64,000 bases of DNA from Isurus oxyrinchus (GCA_026770705.1 JANJGN010000016.1:110050001-110114000), one strand, 5' to 3'; positions 10,920 through 24,372 are shown, counted from the first letter of the stretch. Notes: generated by a model from the sequence alone, not told the origin. Made by a program: numbers and translations.

Positions 10920-13900
10920 GAGTGCTGTGTTTGGCTGCAGTAGAGAGCTTCAGCTGGAGATTGGTGACTGAGGGAATTTAAAGTTAAATTAAGGGTTAAA
11001 TTCTATCTAAAGTCCAGTCTTTCTTTAATTTAGCAATTAACTAAAAGTTGCTGTTAGTGTTGGAAGAAGGTGAGTTTCAGACCGGAGAGTGGTATAATAG
11101 GGAGTGAAAAACAGAGGCCAAGACCAGAGAGGAGAGGTATACCTTCAGGACCTTCAGACGGTGAAGTTCAAAGTGACGTCACAATTCAAAAAGTGACGTG
11201 ACACGGGGAGGCAGCTGATTGGTAAGTAGGATCAGGTGAGTACTTCTACTTCTACTTTTTCTACTAATTAAACTGCTGTAGTCCATTCGCTTAAACAAAA
11301 TAGGGTGAGGACTTTGGACTGTAACTCTTTCGAGTACAAACATGTATCCATCTGTTCCTATTCAGATGAAGTTACATTGTTTCATAGTTTGCCATTGTGA
11401 GATTTGTACTCTTGATAATCTTTTAAATAAGTACAGCAGCCATAAGAAATCACCCAGTGACTAATCTGTAAGTAGTTGCTGATGGCTTTGGTGTGAGGTC
11501 CTTCTTGCTATGTAACTTTTTTGAGTACAAACCCATTTCCATCTGTTTCAGATGAAGTAACATTGTTTCATAGTTTTGCCATTGTGAGATTTGAACTCTT
11601 GATCTTGGGGTTATAAACCCAGTACCATAACCACTTGGCTATTTAGGCTAAGCCAGACTTTGGACTGTAGTGGGAGTGTTTGGAGTGGAATAAGTACCCT
11701 AGTAGTTAGTATTCTTTAAAGGGAGTAACTAACGAGCTTAATCTAAAGGGAAATCATGGCAGCAGAGCTCACACCCATGATATGCTCCCCCTGCGCTATG
11801 TGGGAAGTCATGGACATTTCCAGTAGCCCTGGCAACCATGTGTGCAGGAAGTTTGTCCAGTTGGAGCTACTGGCTAACCACATTATGGAGCTGCAGGTGG
11901 ATTCATTATGGAGCATCCGTGATGCTGAGATTGTCGTGGACAGCACGTTCAGTGAGGTGGTCACACCTCAGTTAAGACTGAACAGTCAGACAGGGGATGG
12001 GTGACCACTAGGCAGAGTAGAGGAAGGCAGGTAGTGCAGGAGTCCCCAGTGGCCATCCCCCTATCTAACAGATATACCGTTTTGGATACCGTTGGGGGAG
12101 ATGACTTCTCAGGGGAAAGCAGCAGGAGCCAAGTCCATGGTACCACGGGTGGCTCTGCTATACAAGAAGGGAGGAAGAAGAATGGCAGGGTTATAGTGAT
12201 AGGGGATTCAATAGTAAGAGGAACAGGCAGGCATTTCTGCCATAAAAGAGACTCCAGGATGGTATGTTGCCTGCCTGGTGCCAGGGTCAAGGGTGTCTCT
12301 GAAAGGCTGCAGGGCATTCTGAAGGGGGAGGGTGAACAGCCAGTGGTCGTGGTACATATTAGTACCAGGAACATAGATAAAAAAAATGGATGAGATCCTA
12401 CAAGCTGAATATAGGGAATTAGGATGTAAATTAAAAAGTAGAACCTCAAAGATAGTAATCTCAGGATTACCAGCAGTGCCATGTGCTAGTGAGAGTAGAA
12501 ATAGCAGGATATATTGGATGAATATGTGGCTGAAGAAATGGTGTAGAGGGGAGAGATTCAGATTCCTGGGACATTGGGACCAGTTCTAGGGAAGTTGGGA
12601 CCAGTACAAACAGGACGGGTTGCATCTGGACAGGACTGAGACTGATGTCCTCGGGGGTGTTTGCTAGTGCAGTCGGGGAGGGTTTAAACTACAATGGCAA
12701 GAGGATAAGAACCTGAGCAGGGAGACAGAGGAGGGGGAAACAAGGATAAAAATGAAAGACAGAAAAGTAAGAAGCAGAAGTGGAAGGCAGAAAAAACAAG
12801 GGCAAAAAACAAATGGGGTCATAGTGCAAAATAAAGCTAAGATGATAACAAAGTTAAAAAGACAAGTCTAAAAGGCATTGTGTCTTAATGCACACAGCAT
12901 TCCCAATAAGGTAGATGAATTAACAACGCAAATAGATATAAACTGTTATGATATAGTTGCAATTATGGACACATGGCTGCAGGGTGACCAAGGATGGGAA
13001 CTGAACTTCCAGGGGTATTCAATATTTAGAAAGGACAGACAAATAGGGAAAGGAGGTGGGGTAGCACTGCTAGTAAAGGAGGAAATCAATTCAATAGTGA
13101 GGAAGGATATTGGCTCAGAAATTCATGATGTGGAATCTGTTTGGGTGGAGATAAGAAATGCCAAGGTGCAGAAAACATTGGTGGGGGTTGTCTGTAGGTC
13201 CCCAAATAGTAATGGAGATGTAAGGGAAGGCATTAAGTAGGAAATTAGAGATGCATGCAATAAGGGTACAGCTATAATCATGGGTGACTTTAATCTACAT
13301 ATAGATTGGACAAACCAAACTAGCAATAATACTGTGGAGGAGGATTTCCTGGAGTGTCTATGTGATGGTTTTTTAGACCAAGATGTTGAGGAACCAACTA
13401 GAGAGCAGGCTATTCTATACTGGATATTGTGCAATGAGAAAGGATTAATTAACAATCTTGTTGTTCCCTTGGGGAAGAGTGACCATAAAATGATGGAATT
13501 GTTCATTAAAATGGAGAGTGAAGAAGTTGAATTTGAAATTAGGGTCCTGAATCTAAATAAAGGGAGCTACAAGAGTATGAGGCCAAGTTGGCAATGATGG
13601 ATTGGGGAACCTTACTAAAAGAGTTGACGGTGGATAGGCAATGGCTAATATTTAAGGAATGTATGCAGGAATTACAACAATTATTCATTTCTGTCTGGCA
13701 CAAAAATAAAACAAAAATAAAAGGTAGCTCAACCACGGATCACAAAATAAATTAGGGATAGTATTAGATCCAAAGAGGAGACATAAAAAATTGCCAGAAA
13801 AAGCAGCAAACCTGTGGACTGGGAGCAGTTTAGAATTCAGCAAAAGTGGACAAAAAGATTGATCAAGAAGGGGAAAATGGAATATGAGAGTAAACTTGTA

Positions 13901-15377
13901 GGGAAGATAAAAACTGACTGTAAAAGCTCCTATAAATATGTGAAGAGATAAAGATTAGCAAAGACAAATGTAGGTCCCTTACAGTCAGAAATGGGGGAAA
14001 TTATAAAGGGGAACAAAGAAATGGCAGAAGAAATAAGCACATATTTTGGTTCTGCCTTCACAAAAGAGGACACAAATAATTTCCCAGAAATGTTAGACAA
14101 TCAAGGGTCCAGTGAAAGGGAGGAATTGAAGAAAATAAGGATTAGTAAAAAAATGGTGCTAGAGAAATTAGAGGGGTTAAAGGCTGAAAAATCCCCAGGG
14201 TCTGATAATCTACATTCCAGAGTACTAAAGAAAGTGGCCCTGGAAATATTGGATGCATTGGTGGTCACCTTCCAAAATTCTGTAGATTCTGGAGCAGTTC
14301 CTACAGATTGGAGGGTGGCAAGTGTAACCCCACTATTTAGAAAAGGAGGGAGAGAAAAAACAGAATTACAGACCAGTTAGCCTAATGTCAGTAGTGGGGA
14401 AAATGCTAGAGTCTATTATGAAAGATGTGGTAACAGAACACTTGGAAGGCACTTGGAAAGGATTAGACAAAGTCACTGGGTGGGGTTGTGAGTTGTGAGG
14501 AGGACGCAAGGAGGCTTCAGGGCAATTTAGACAAGTTGTGTGTGTGGGCAAACACATGGCAGATGCAGTACAACGTGGATAAATGTGAAGTTATACGCTT
14601 CAGTGTGAAAAACAGATAGACAGAGTATTATTTAAATGGTGATATATTGGGAAATGTAGATATACAAAGGGATCCGGGTGTCCTTGTACACCAGTCAATG
14701 AAGGTAAATAGGCAAGTCAGCAAGCAGTTAGGAAGGCAAATGGTATGTTGCCCTTCATTGCAAGAGGATTTGCGTTCAGATGTAAGGATGTCTTACTAAA
14801 GTTATGCAAGACCTTGGTGAGACCACACCTGAAGTACTACATGCAGTTTTGGTCTCCCTACCTAAGAAAGGATATACTTGCCATAGAGGGAGTGCAGCAA
14901 AGGTTCATTAGGCTGATACTGGTGATGGTAGGACTGTTGTATGAGGGGAGATTGGTTCAACTGGGCCTGTTTCACTAGAGGGGATTTGATTGAAACATAT
15001 AAAATTCTAACAGGGCTAGACAGACTAGATGCAAGGAGGATGTTTCCCCTGGTTGGAGAGCCTAGAACCAAGGGCCACAGTCTCAGGATACGGGACAGGC
15101 CATTTAGGATTGAGATAAGGAAAAATTTCTTCACTCAGAGGGTGGTCAACCTGTGGAATTCTCTGCCACAGAAGGCTGTGGAGGACAGTCCACTGAGTAT
15201 ATTCAAGAAAGAAATTGATAAGTTTTTTGGATATTAGGGGCATCAAGAGGTATGGAGTGAAAGCAGGAATATGGCATTGAGATAGAGGATCAGCCATGAT
15301 CATATTGAATGGCGGAGCAGGCTCGAAGGGCCAAATGGCCTACTCCTATTCCTAGTTTCTATGTTTCTATGTTTCTA
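10920..15377 (+). mobile_element. Near full-length, decayed CR1 LINE (5'UTR, ORF1 with SGNH esterase, ORF2 endonuclease-RT with RT core deleted)
   Basis: ORF1 at ~11756-12690 (ICSPCAMWE, SNRYTVL, VIVIGDSIVR, CCLPGARV, DGLHL). ORF2 at ~12870-15237 (GGGVALLV, MGDFN, SDH, KSPGSD, LVRPHL.Y..QFWSP, NFFTQRVVNLWNSLP). 3' tail (atgtttct)n at ~15355-15377. The 5' boundary is approximate. Confidence 0.92.
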
Positions 15378-16879
15378 AATATAAATGAACTCCATGCCTG
15401 AGTCCCACTTCTTGTTCAAAGGCTTGTACTTTTTTGGTTTGGGAAAATGGTAGCAATCTTAAGTCAATTATATTATTGATAATAACAGAGTAAAGCTCTT
15501 TCCTTTCTGCCTGAATAATCCAGTTCAGCAGAGCACCCTTCTTTACCAGCATGTCATTTTCCACCAGATGCCCCTGTGGCTGACTGAGATTATTGAATTA
15601 TGTATGGTTTTATGCATTGATCCCATTGCAACTAACAACTGTATTCAGTCTGCTCACATTGGGTTCCAAAGACATAAATAACAAAATGAATAGGGGAAAC
15701 TACCATGTCACTAGCCTGGGCTTAATTCAAACAGAGCTTTCAGAATGAAGGTAAACTTTTGAATGTTTATACTGATTACCGGGTGTAAAGATGGGATAGA
15801 AAAAATGTCTCCTCTCTACTGCAAACTGGAGTCACCAGGATTAATCTGTAGAGCACTGTTGAATGCAACCCAGGGAACAAATCAAAGGGGCAACAACAAT
15901 TTAAAAAATATTAAGCTTTAATGGAGAAGACCCAACATTTTCTGGCATGTTTTGTGGATATCTGACACATAAATGCCACAAATTGTCATCTTCCATGTAT
16001 GAGAATGCCAAGTCTCTCAGTGAGGTATTGGTGAAGCACAGCTTCTGGGGGAGCAGAGCAACTCTAGAAACAATCTTCCTGATTTTGGTGTTTAACTGTT
16101 TTTGTGCGATCACTGGAAGTTGCTGTCTGATTTACTCTTTGATAACAAGTTATAACAGTGAGCGCTGATAGCCTCATGATTATTTCTATTGTAAAATCTG
16201 GGCTACTGATGTAAATCACATAATCAGGAACACCCACTCATGACATACGATCTTGGTACACAAATTCCCTGGCTTTCTTTCTGAACAATCTACAAATGGT
16301 TAGCCAAACACCCTGTTGTTAAGATGGTGCTTTTATATCTTCCATTACACATATTGACCATCCATAATTAAAAAACCCTGCATGTTACACACTGCCTCAC
16401 CTCCATCCAGCAAGCTTGGTGTATGCTCATAACCACAAGGTCAGTGATTACTGATGGAGTTGGTCAACAGTTAATAGCTGTTTGACCCAACCAATTGTAC
16501 AAGGAATTTGTTACACAGAGTCACTGTTTATGTCCATGACCAAAGGTGAACCCTCTGATCAAGTGGAAGGAACTGCTAAACAACACTGTATTTAATTTCC
16601 AGTTAATTATTTACTTCCAGTGGCAGGTTTGACAAGAAATAAGATAAGTTCAACACCCCCTCAGCACTCCTGCCCTCAAAATCCTGTGATGGGAACTTTT
16701 CCATCGGTGCCAGCAGATCCAAGTGGTCTTTCCTCACTTGTGAATCTAGAAAATGAGTGAGCACAGAATATTTGACAGTAGGGGGCATTGCAGCTTCACT
16801 TGATCCTGACTTTGTCACTCTGTGCCCTTTCCAACATAGTTCATCAGAAAGTGACTCTTAGGGGTTGATTATTTAGGGA

Positions 16880-17115
16880 CTTTGAGGAGAAATTTCTTTA
16901 CTCGGAGGGTTGTCAATCTTTGGAATTGTTGATCCCAGAGGGATGTGGGCACTCCATCATTAAGTATATTTAAGGCTGAGACAGGTTTTTGGTGTCTCAG
17001 GTCAAGGGATAAGGAGAGTGGTCAGGAAAGTGGAGTTGAGGCAGAAGATCAACCATGATCATATTGAATAGCGGAGCAGGCTCGAGAAGCCATATGGTCT
17101 ACTCCTGCTCCTTTT
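16880..17115 (+). mobile_element. CR1 3' end fragment
   Basis: aatttctttactcggagggttgtcaatctttggaat...ggagcaggctcgag...tactcctgctcct matches the 3' end of the CR1 at 15120-15350. Confidence 0.8.
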
Positions 17116-18281
17116 GGAATGTGAATTAATTCTTCAGCTATGTTGAAAAAATCTCTGATGTTTACATGTAATTGGGCATTGCAAATGAACAGAGCTCCGT
17201 TACTTAAATTGGTTCACAATGGCTTCCTTCTCTATCCATGTATCTCTGCCAACAATTCCTCACTGTCAATAGAGCTGAAGGTTTAAAGTTTAGGGTAGTA
17301 CCAAGGTTGCAAAGAGCAGGAGAGAAGATGAGAAGAAACAAAATGTAGGAGTTTGGAGTCTCAGTTTTAAAAGTCTGTGAATTAGGGATGAAACAGAAGA
17401 CTGAAATAGGTAAGAAGCTGCACAGTTTTGAGCATAGTTTTATCAATAAAAAAAGAACTTGTGACTGCAATAAACAAAGACATTGGATAATTTCCACACA
17501 ATAGGGAAAAATTTATGTCTCCTGCCCGGTGTGTTTGCAGGCTGAATTCCCTACTCAACCTGTCAGGTTTTTTGAGTGGGGGGGTGGAGGGTGATGGGTG
17601 AGGCCTTGCCCCAATTCAAACCCTTAAGTGCCCCCATTATTGGCCACTTAAAGGGCCTATCCTGCCCAGCTGCACTTTTGAGACCAGCAACAGGAAGTCA
17701 GAGATGGGCACGAAGCCTACCAGCGGCTACCTATCGGCCTGCCTGGGCCTCAGGCAGGAAGTGGGGGGGGTGGGACACCACCCTACTGGCCATTTTTCCT
17801 GATCAGAGCATCCGTTCCCCAAACCCCCCCAACCAAAAGTCTGCCCTCTCCCCTGGGTGCTCCCCCTCACACTGGCTTTTCAAACCCAACCCCCACAACC
17901 CCTTGAAATCCTCCCCAACCCCCAGGGCCTCCCCTCCTGTTTCTGCTTTGAGCACCCCTGACTTACTGTTGTCATGGAATCCTGGCACTTAGGATCTGGG
18001 GACTGCCTGTGGTCCCAGTGGCCACTGGTCCCAGTGATCAACGGCAGAACTTTCCTGCCTGTCGGGCAGGCAGTGCAGGAGTGGGCACAGACGCAGTCGC
18101 TGCCTGTGATCGGGTTCGCACCACCATTTTAGACGGCTGGGCTAATTAAGGCCCGCCCAGCGTGAATCGCTGCCCCTGAGGACAGTGGGAGTGGGCGATG
18201 GGTCTGCAATGACCACCGGGTCCAATGGCGACCCAGTGGCCTGTTTTAAAAAGTTGCTGCAGCCTTTTCAAGGCTGTGAAT

Positions 18282-20502
18282 CATGGCCAGTGGAAGGGCT
18301 CCCCAGAGCGCTGCTGCTGAGCAGGCCCAGGCAGGAGGGGAGGGCAGGGGGACACCGTGGCCCTCGTTTTTCTGATGATTGCCTTGCTGCCCTCCTGGAG
18401 GAGGTGGCAACATGGCGAGAGGTCCTGGTACCCCAGGATGGGAGGAGGAGGCCCCACCCCCACCCCCCCACCCCCCACATAACCAAACGTGCCTGGGAGG
18501 AGGTGTCGGAGGTGGTGAGCTCCCGTGACGTGGTGCGGCGCACCTGGATCCAGTGTCACAAGCGCTTCAATGACCTGTTGCACTCAGGAAGAGTGAGAGC
18601 AATGTTGGCATTGGTCACAACCCATCAGGTTGGCTTTTCCCCCTGGTGCCCCCCGCCCCCAACCCAAGTCTGAGTGTAGTGACTGCATTGAATCATTGAC
18701 AACAAGTGTCCTTCGCTGGGTGAACCAGCAGATATTGCCCATGCCGAGGTCACCCTGAGAGGGTGGTGAGGTAATGGGTTCTGCCCCCGCAGCATGTGGT
18801 ACACTGAGACCCACATGACTGTTTTGGGGGCAGCTTGGAGGAGCTGCGCCCAGGCACAGTGCTAGAACTGCAGGACATGCCAAAGTCAGGGTGATGACAT
18901 GCTGGGAGGGGAGATTCAAGGCAGTGTGGCACCGATCGATCTGCTGTCCTCTGCGCTCCACATGCTTGCGCCTCCTTGCTATGGAATTTAGACCATGTGG
19001 TGCCTAATGTGATGTGGGCAGCGTTTGGCCAAGAGGGTGGAGAAAGGCCAGGCATCTTTGTGTGAGTGTTTGGCAGCAGTGGGGTGAGGAGGCACTGGAG
19101 CCCTGCAATGTCCCACTCTGGTTGGGGTGGGCTGTCCACAAAGCGAGTCCAGGTACAAGTAGCACTAATCAATGCTCTTCTCTCCTTTTCAGGAGAAGAA
19201 TGCACATAATGCCGCCAAGTGGGCGAGGACTGGCAGAGGGCCGGCCCACTTGGCGATTCTCAGCCACTTTAAGCAGGATGCCCTAGATTTGGAGAGGCGC
19301 CATGCGCCCAGATCCACCGGTGTCGGTGAGGCTGGGGTGCCACGGGCAGGTATGTGTGCCCAGCAGTGAGGTCACCATTGTTCTCCCAACAGCCATGGCA
19401 GTGCTGGATGTTCAGTGATTGAAGTTTGCAACCATTGCTTTTGGAAGGATGAGCGGTTAATGGTCCAGGAGACAGGGATGCACGTTGACATTGTCTCCAC
19501 GTTAACTACTCCAATGTCCTTGTTCTTCCTTTCAGCATCAGTGGAGCAGGGCCAGGAGGAGGAGCAACAGGGGTCCCCTCTCACACCTGAGGACCCTGAA
19601 GTCACGGACTCACCAGCAACACACCCTCTCTGCCAGGCAGGCACCAGCACAGATACTAGCACCTCGGTGGGAATTAGAACATCGGCAAGTGTCCCGGGGC
19701 ACAGCGATGAGGGCACTTCACAGATGCTGGAGAAGCTGGCAGAGACAGAGAGTGCCCATTGTGCCAGCAGTCAGAGAACTGCAGAGGACCAGGCACATGC
19801 TCAGTTGGTGCCTGATGATGTGCCTCTGGAGTCATCTGCAATACAGCAAATGCAGCAAATGCGGCCGTGTGTGCGGGAGCATCTGGGGGATACATGAGGC
19901 TATGCTTGGCTTGGTGTCCATGGTGAGGAGTCTACGCGGACTATGGTTCAAGCAATGAGCCTTTATCTGAGCGCCATGCGTCCTCCATGGAGAGAATGTT
20001 GACTCTAGTGGAAAGGCTCCACCAGGAGACCAATCAGGGCTACCTGGGGATGCGCTCAGACCAGCAAGCCCTCACATCGGCGTTGACCTCAGCTGGTCAG
20101 TGCCAGTGTGGGAGATTGTCTGGGCACCAAGTTTCCCAGCTTGGTGCCCATCCATTCACGGTGAGCAGGGAGGTCCGAAGCGACCTCTCATCGGCGCAGC
20201 AGCTGCCTGTCGTATCTGTGGGCTCCTCTCAGGGCGCTCCGGATGAGGGCGGCAGCTCCTCCACCCCTCTCCCAGTGACTGTTGCATCCATTGAGTCTGC
20301 GACGACTGGGGAGATGCCAGCTGTGGAACTGGCAGCTCCCTCCCAGGCGGGGCCAGCACAGGCTCCACGGGCCAGAGGACAACCGCCAAGGTCATCGAGG
20401 CCAACAGGACAGCAGAGTGAGCAGGCTGTCTCAGATGCCAGTCCCAGCGAGGGGACAGCACAAAGAAATAGCACCCAAAAACGTAAACATAGGGCACCTT
20501 AG
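18282..20502 (+). pseudogene. Harbinger Myb/SANT-like DNA-binding gene of copy A (3 exons, frameshifted)
   Basis: PRFSDDCLAALLEEV...AWEEVSEVVSS...RTWIQCHKRFNDL. Splice sites AGA|gtgaga (18592), ttttcag|GAG (19193), CAG|gtatgt (19349), ttcag|CA (19536). C-terminal basic KRKHR. Confidence 0.8.
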
Positions 20503-20836
20503 GCACACCACAGGTTTATCACTGGTACTTTTGTGATGGCCCACAATGAGGTCTTTATGAGTTGGTGTGATTTTTAACACCTTTGTCATTTTATTTTCAT
20601 AAGTTCATTTTGTTATATTAAATTGAGATATGTCACCATGGCTGAAGGTGACTCTTTTCTTCTGCAGGTAAATGGTTACCAATAATGTTATGAGTTATTT
20701 GTGGGACATTCAGCTTTATTAACAAGGCCCTTAGTTAATGTTTCTATCCAGGCAGATTTTGCACTTAGGTATCGAGTATGGAGGCTGCAGCCCACGCTTG
20801 TCCTAAAGGTCCGGATGTGGTGTGTTAGCTGGAGGT

Positions 20837-22036
20837 TCATTGGATTAAAGCCTCCTGGGTGTCACTGCCTCCCTGGAGTATGCCCGGGTCAGTATTTACC
20901 CCCTCAGCATTTCCCTGTGCGTGCTCATCCTCGGACTCACTGCTGGACTCATCGTGTGGAGTTGCAGCCACTGTGTCTACATCTTCATCTTCCACTGTGT
21001 CCCCCCTTTCCAGTGCAAGATTGTGGAGAACACAACATGCAACACTACCAGCAACACATGATCTGGGGGGTACTGGAGTGTGCCCCTGAGCAGTCCAGGC
21101 ATCGGAAGAGCACCTTGAGAAGGCCAATGGCTCTCTCCCCTTGTGGAGGCGTAGCTCCTACTATACAGCTGCTCAGCTTCTGTTCTTGGATGGCGGAGAG
21201 GCGTAATGAGCCACCTTCTGAGGGGATAGCCCTTGTCACCCAGCAGCCATCCATCCAGCCGAGCAGGAGCACTGAAGAGCCCCAGCACCTGGGAGTGTCT
21301 GAGGATGTAGGTGTAGTGGGAGCTGCCTGGGTACCTTGCACAGACTTGTAGAATCTGCATCCTGTGGTCACACTCTATCTGCACATTCATGGAGTGGAAG
21401 CCCTTCCTGTTGACAAAGGCACTGAGCTCACCTACTGGCGCCTTGATGGCCACATGTGTACAGTCTATAGCATCCTGGACACGGGGGAAGCCAGTAATGG
21501 CTGCAAAGCCCCTGGCTGGCCTCGTCCCAGCAGCAGTGGATGAAGGTAAATGCACGCCTGAACAGAGCGTCTGTAACCTGCTTGACGCAAGTGTGGACAA
21601 CTGAATGGGATACACCACAAAGATCACCCACCGAGCCCTGGAAGGAGCCAGAGGCATAGAAGTTGAGGGCAGCTGTGACCTTCAGAGCCACTGGCATGGG
21701 GTGTCCACCCACACAGTTAGGGGAGAACTCAGGCCCAATCATCTGACAGATGTAGTTAACTGTCTCCCTTGACAGTCGGAGCCTCCTTCGGCACTGCACC
21801 TCAGACATATTGAGGTAGCTGCTTCACCACCTGTATACCCTGGCAGCAGGAGAGTGGCATCTTCTGCAGCTCCTTCTGCCTTGGTCTTCCTGTTGGCCCT
21901 GCACCCCCTGTGCCTGCGTCTGTCTTCCCAAAGGTGCCTCCCCTGGAGGCTGAATGTGCACTTCTGGCCTCCTCCCCCTTCTAGCCCTCCCTTCCTCCTC
22001 AGAGGAGGTGCCTCCAGTGGAGAGTTCAGCTCCCAT
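20837..22036 (-). pseudogene. Harbinger DDE transposase (HARBI1-like family) of copy A, disrupted
   Basis: CRRRLRLSRETV, LNFYASGSFQ..VGDLCGVS, AIDCTHVAIK, NRKGFHSMNVQ, YPGSSH, LLGDKGYPL, ERAIGLLK, CCVLHN, spread over several frames. Confidence 0.9.
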
Positions 22037-22944
22037 TCCCAGGCTAAGGGAAGGCTTCCTGAAACCTGCAGGCCCAAAAAAGATTCCTCACTGCAGAGTG
22101 CTGACCTGAAGGTTGTGCGTCCAGACCTAGCAGTTGGTCTGTGTTTTGAAGTATTGCAGATCACACAGGCAAGTATCAGCAACTTTGAAAAATCAATATT
22201 TGACAGAGCACGCTCACGACCCCACTGACCCCTCTTATCCTGCCCGTGGATGAGGTTTATACAAATGTGTCCTACCCGCCTGCCTATTGTGCCCGTGTGC
22301 CGACCCAATCACTGTCGATTGGTGCCGCAAGGGCCTTTAGTGGCCCATTAATTAAAGGCAAGCGTGCATCGGAGATCATCACGCACCCACCCAACAAAAT
22401 ATCACGATGGTGCACAGTGACATCGGGACACTCGCCCAACATCACCGCGCATCATTTTACGTGTCGGCTTGTGGGTCCCGCCCCCGCACGCCAATGAGAA
22501 AATTCTGGCCCAAGTCTCTAAGGTGGGTCTTCTCTCCGAATGAGGGGTGGAGGTAGCCCTCCAGATGGTTAAATAGCTGCAGGGCGGCTGACATTGGCAG
22601 GGATGCATCCCCACCGACCTTTCCGGTGGTGGAGCTGGAGACCCTGCCATCCAAAAAAATCCTACATGCTATTTGTATTGCAGCTTTCCAGAGATGTAAT
22701 CCCTATTGTTCACATGATGGACACAGCTTTAAAGCTGTAATTTCTCTTGGAGGTTTTCTCCTTCCAGCCACAGCTACTGGAACAAACCACATAGGAAATA
22801 TTGGCACTAGTGCGAAGAATGCATTGGCCTGAAGCATATATTAATACGCTGACGCACAAACTATCATTCTCCCTTGTCAGATCAAGTCTTTATTAGTGCT
22901 GTGCTGTTGCTTTTTCTTCCTCATTGGGCTACTATGACTGGACA

Positions 22945-23046
22945 AAAGCAAAATACTGCCAATGCTGGAAATCTGAAATAAAAACAAAGACTGGCAGCTT
23001 CTAGGGGAATTAACATTTTGCATCGAATATGATTCTTCAACAGAGC
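22945..23046. repeat. Penelope-type terminal repeat remnant
   Basis: aaaagcaaaatactg...atgctggaaatctgaaataaaaaca is homologous to 52302-52437 and 55640-55790. Confidence 0.55.
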
Positions 23047-23624
23047 TAGATGTCAGATAGTCCTTGGATGTCTGAGAGCAGTAATTCAGAAAGGGGAAAG
23101 CTGGTGTGAAGGTAGGAGGTGCAGGATAAAACGTGAGAAGTCCATGGTCACATCATCTTGTTCATTGTGCTAAATAGCGGCATGAGGTTGAGAAGGGGCG
23201 TGAGGCAGGAAAATACTGTCATCCACATCTCAGCAACACCAGATGCCATGGATTCTTTCACCACCAGGCCCACGATGCTGAGAGCCAATTTCCTGTCAGG
23301 AGGGCTCAAGAAGTCCTTGCCATCACTAATGTGCACCACCTAACTCTGCAAGATCAAGGGCAGAATGTCAGGGATTGTGTTGCACTGTGGTAGGCTGATG
23401 TGTCTGCCACTGTTGAATAGTTGGAAGTATGTGAAAACTGCAGGAGCTGGGTGTGAGGCTGACATCATTGGTAGGAGTGTGAGGGTGAGGTGCAGTATCT
23501 GGATGTTAGCAACGAGTTGAGTGCCAGAATGAGTGATGGGGGTGTGGTACATTGAACAACAAGGGAGGTTAGTGTGGCAGGTAGGAGATGTTATGTGAAG
23601 ATGCTTACCCAGTAAAGGGGTCAC

Positions 23625-24060
23625 CATTCCATGTGCAGGCTGATGACATTACTTACCTATCCATCCTCTGTCCCAATCACTCCACTGCCCCCCGTGCTGT
23701 CAGAGTGGCTGTCCGACATGCAGCCTTGGATAAGACTCTATTTTCTCCAGCTAAACAATGGAAAGACCAAAGCTACTGTTTTCAGCCCCTACCAAAAACC
23801 TGGTATACATGCCAACAACGATAGCAACCTATTCAACCTCAAACTGTACTTCATCTTCTTAACATTTGTTCTGTCTCCCCCTCCCTTTAGACCATTTGTT
23901 GCTGAAACTGTCATCCATGCTTTTATCAGCTCCAGATTTGACTACTCCAACTCTCTTCTGGACGGCGTTCTACCCTCCATAAACGTGGGTAAAATTCTGC
24001 TGTGCTGCAGCACGTCCTGTCACACATTAACCCTGACCTTGTTGATGCACATTGGGTCTG
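23625..24060 (+). mobile_element. L2-clade LINE RT fragment
   Basis: QADD..YL, WLSDMQPW...FLQLNNGKTK, ETVIHAFISSRFDYSNSLL. Confidence 0.75.
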
Positions 24061-24261
24061 AGTCGCTCAACCTCCTTCAAATGCATATTGTTGTTAATGG
24101 ATTCAGAAACTTTTTAAATGGTTCCACCTTATGTTAGAATATTCTTAACATTCGAATGTTGGTTAATATAAAACTATATGAATAGTGCATGGTTGCTGGT
24201 GTTTACTGAACCTCCAACAATTTGATATGGATAGTCATTTGGTAGTACAGAACTTGAGTGC

Positions 24262-24372
24262 AGCTGAAAAAAGAGACATGTCAAAGCTTTTCATCTTTCA
24301 CTCATCAGGACACTCTGCAAGAATATCAATATAAGGGAAAACAACAATTTTGTCTCTTTTTTCAGCAATATT
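24262..24372. repeat. Penelope-type remnant of a second family, with short inverted arms and a hammerhead-like core on the - strand
   Basis: gctgaaaaaagagaca...tgtctcttttttcagc inverted arms; minus strand reads CTGATGAGTGAAAGATGAAAAGCTTT. Confidence 0.5.

Larger units (their letters stand above)
18042..22510. mobile_element. PIF/Harbinger DNA transposon, copy A (4469 bp, two convergent genes)
   Basis: Ends cggcagaacttt / aaaattctggcc with 3-bp TSD CAA (18039-18041 and 22511-22513). Myb/SANT-like gene on +, DDE transposase on -. Confidence 0.92.
17540..22660. mobile_element. Older Harbinger-type MITE (17540-18041 plus 22511-22660) split by Harbinger copy A
   Basis: GC-rich flanks on both sides of the insertion; left end ggctgaattcc; ttattggccacttaaagggc motif at ~17636. 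Boundaries approximate. Confidence 0.45.

Noticed and set aside
11578-11648. Functional tRNA gene
   Set aside because: The acceptor stem pairs poorly and the unit lies inside a LINE 5'UTR, partly duplicated. Treated as tRNA-derived sequence, like the SINE heads at 26866, 28130 and 39240.
23100-23600. Possible fragment of another Harbinger Myb-gene exon on the - strand
   Set aside because: Similarity is weak and no termini were found, so it is not supported well enough to list.
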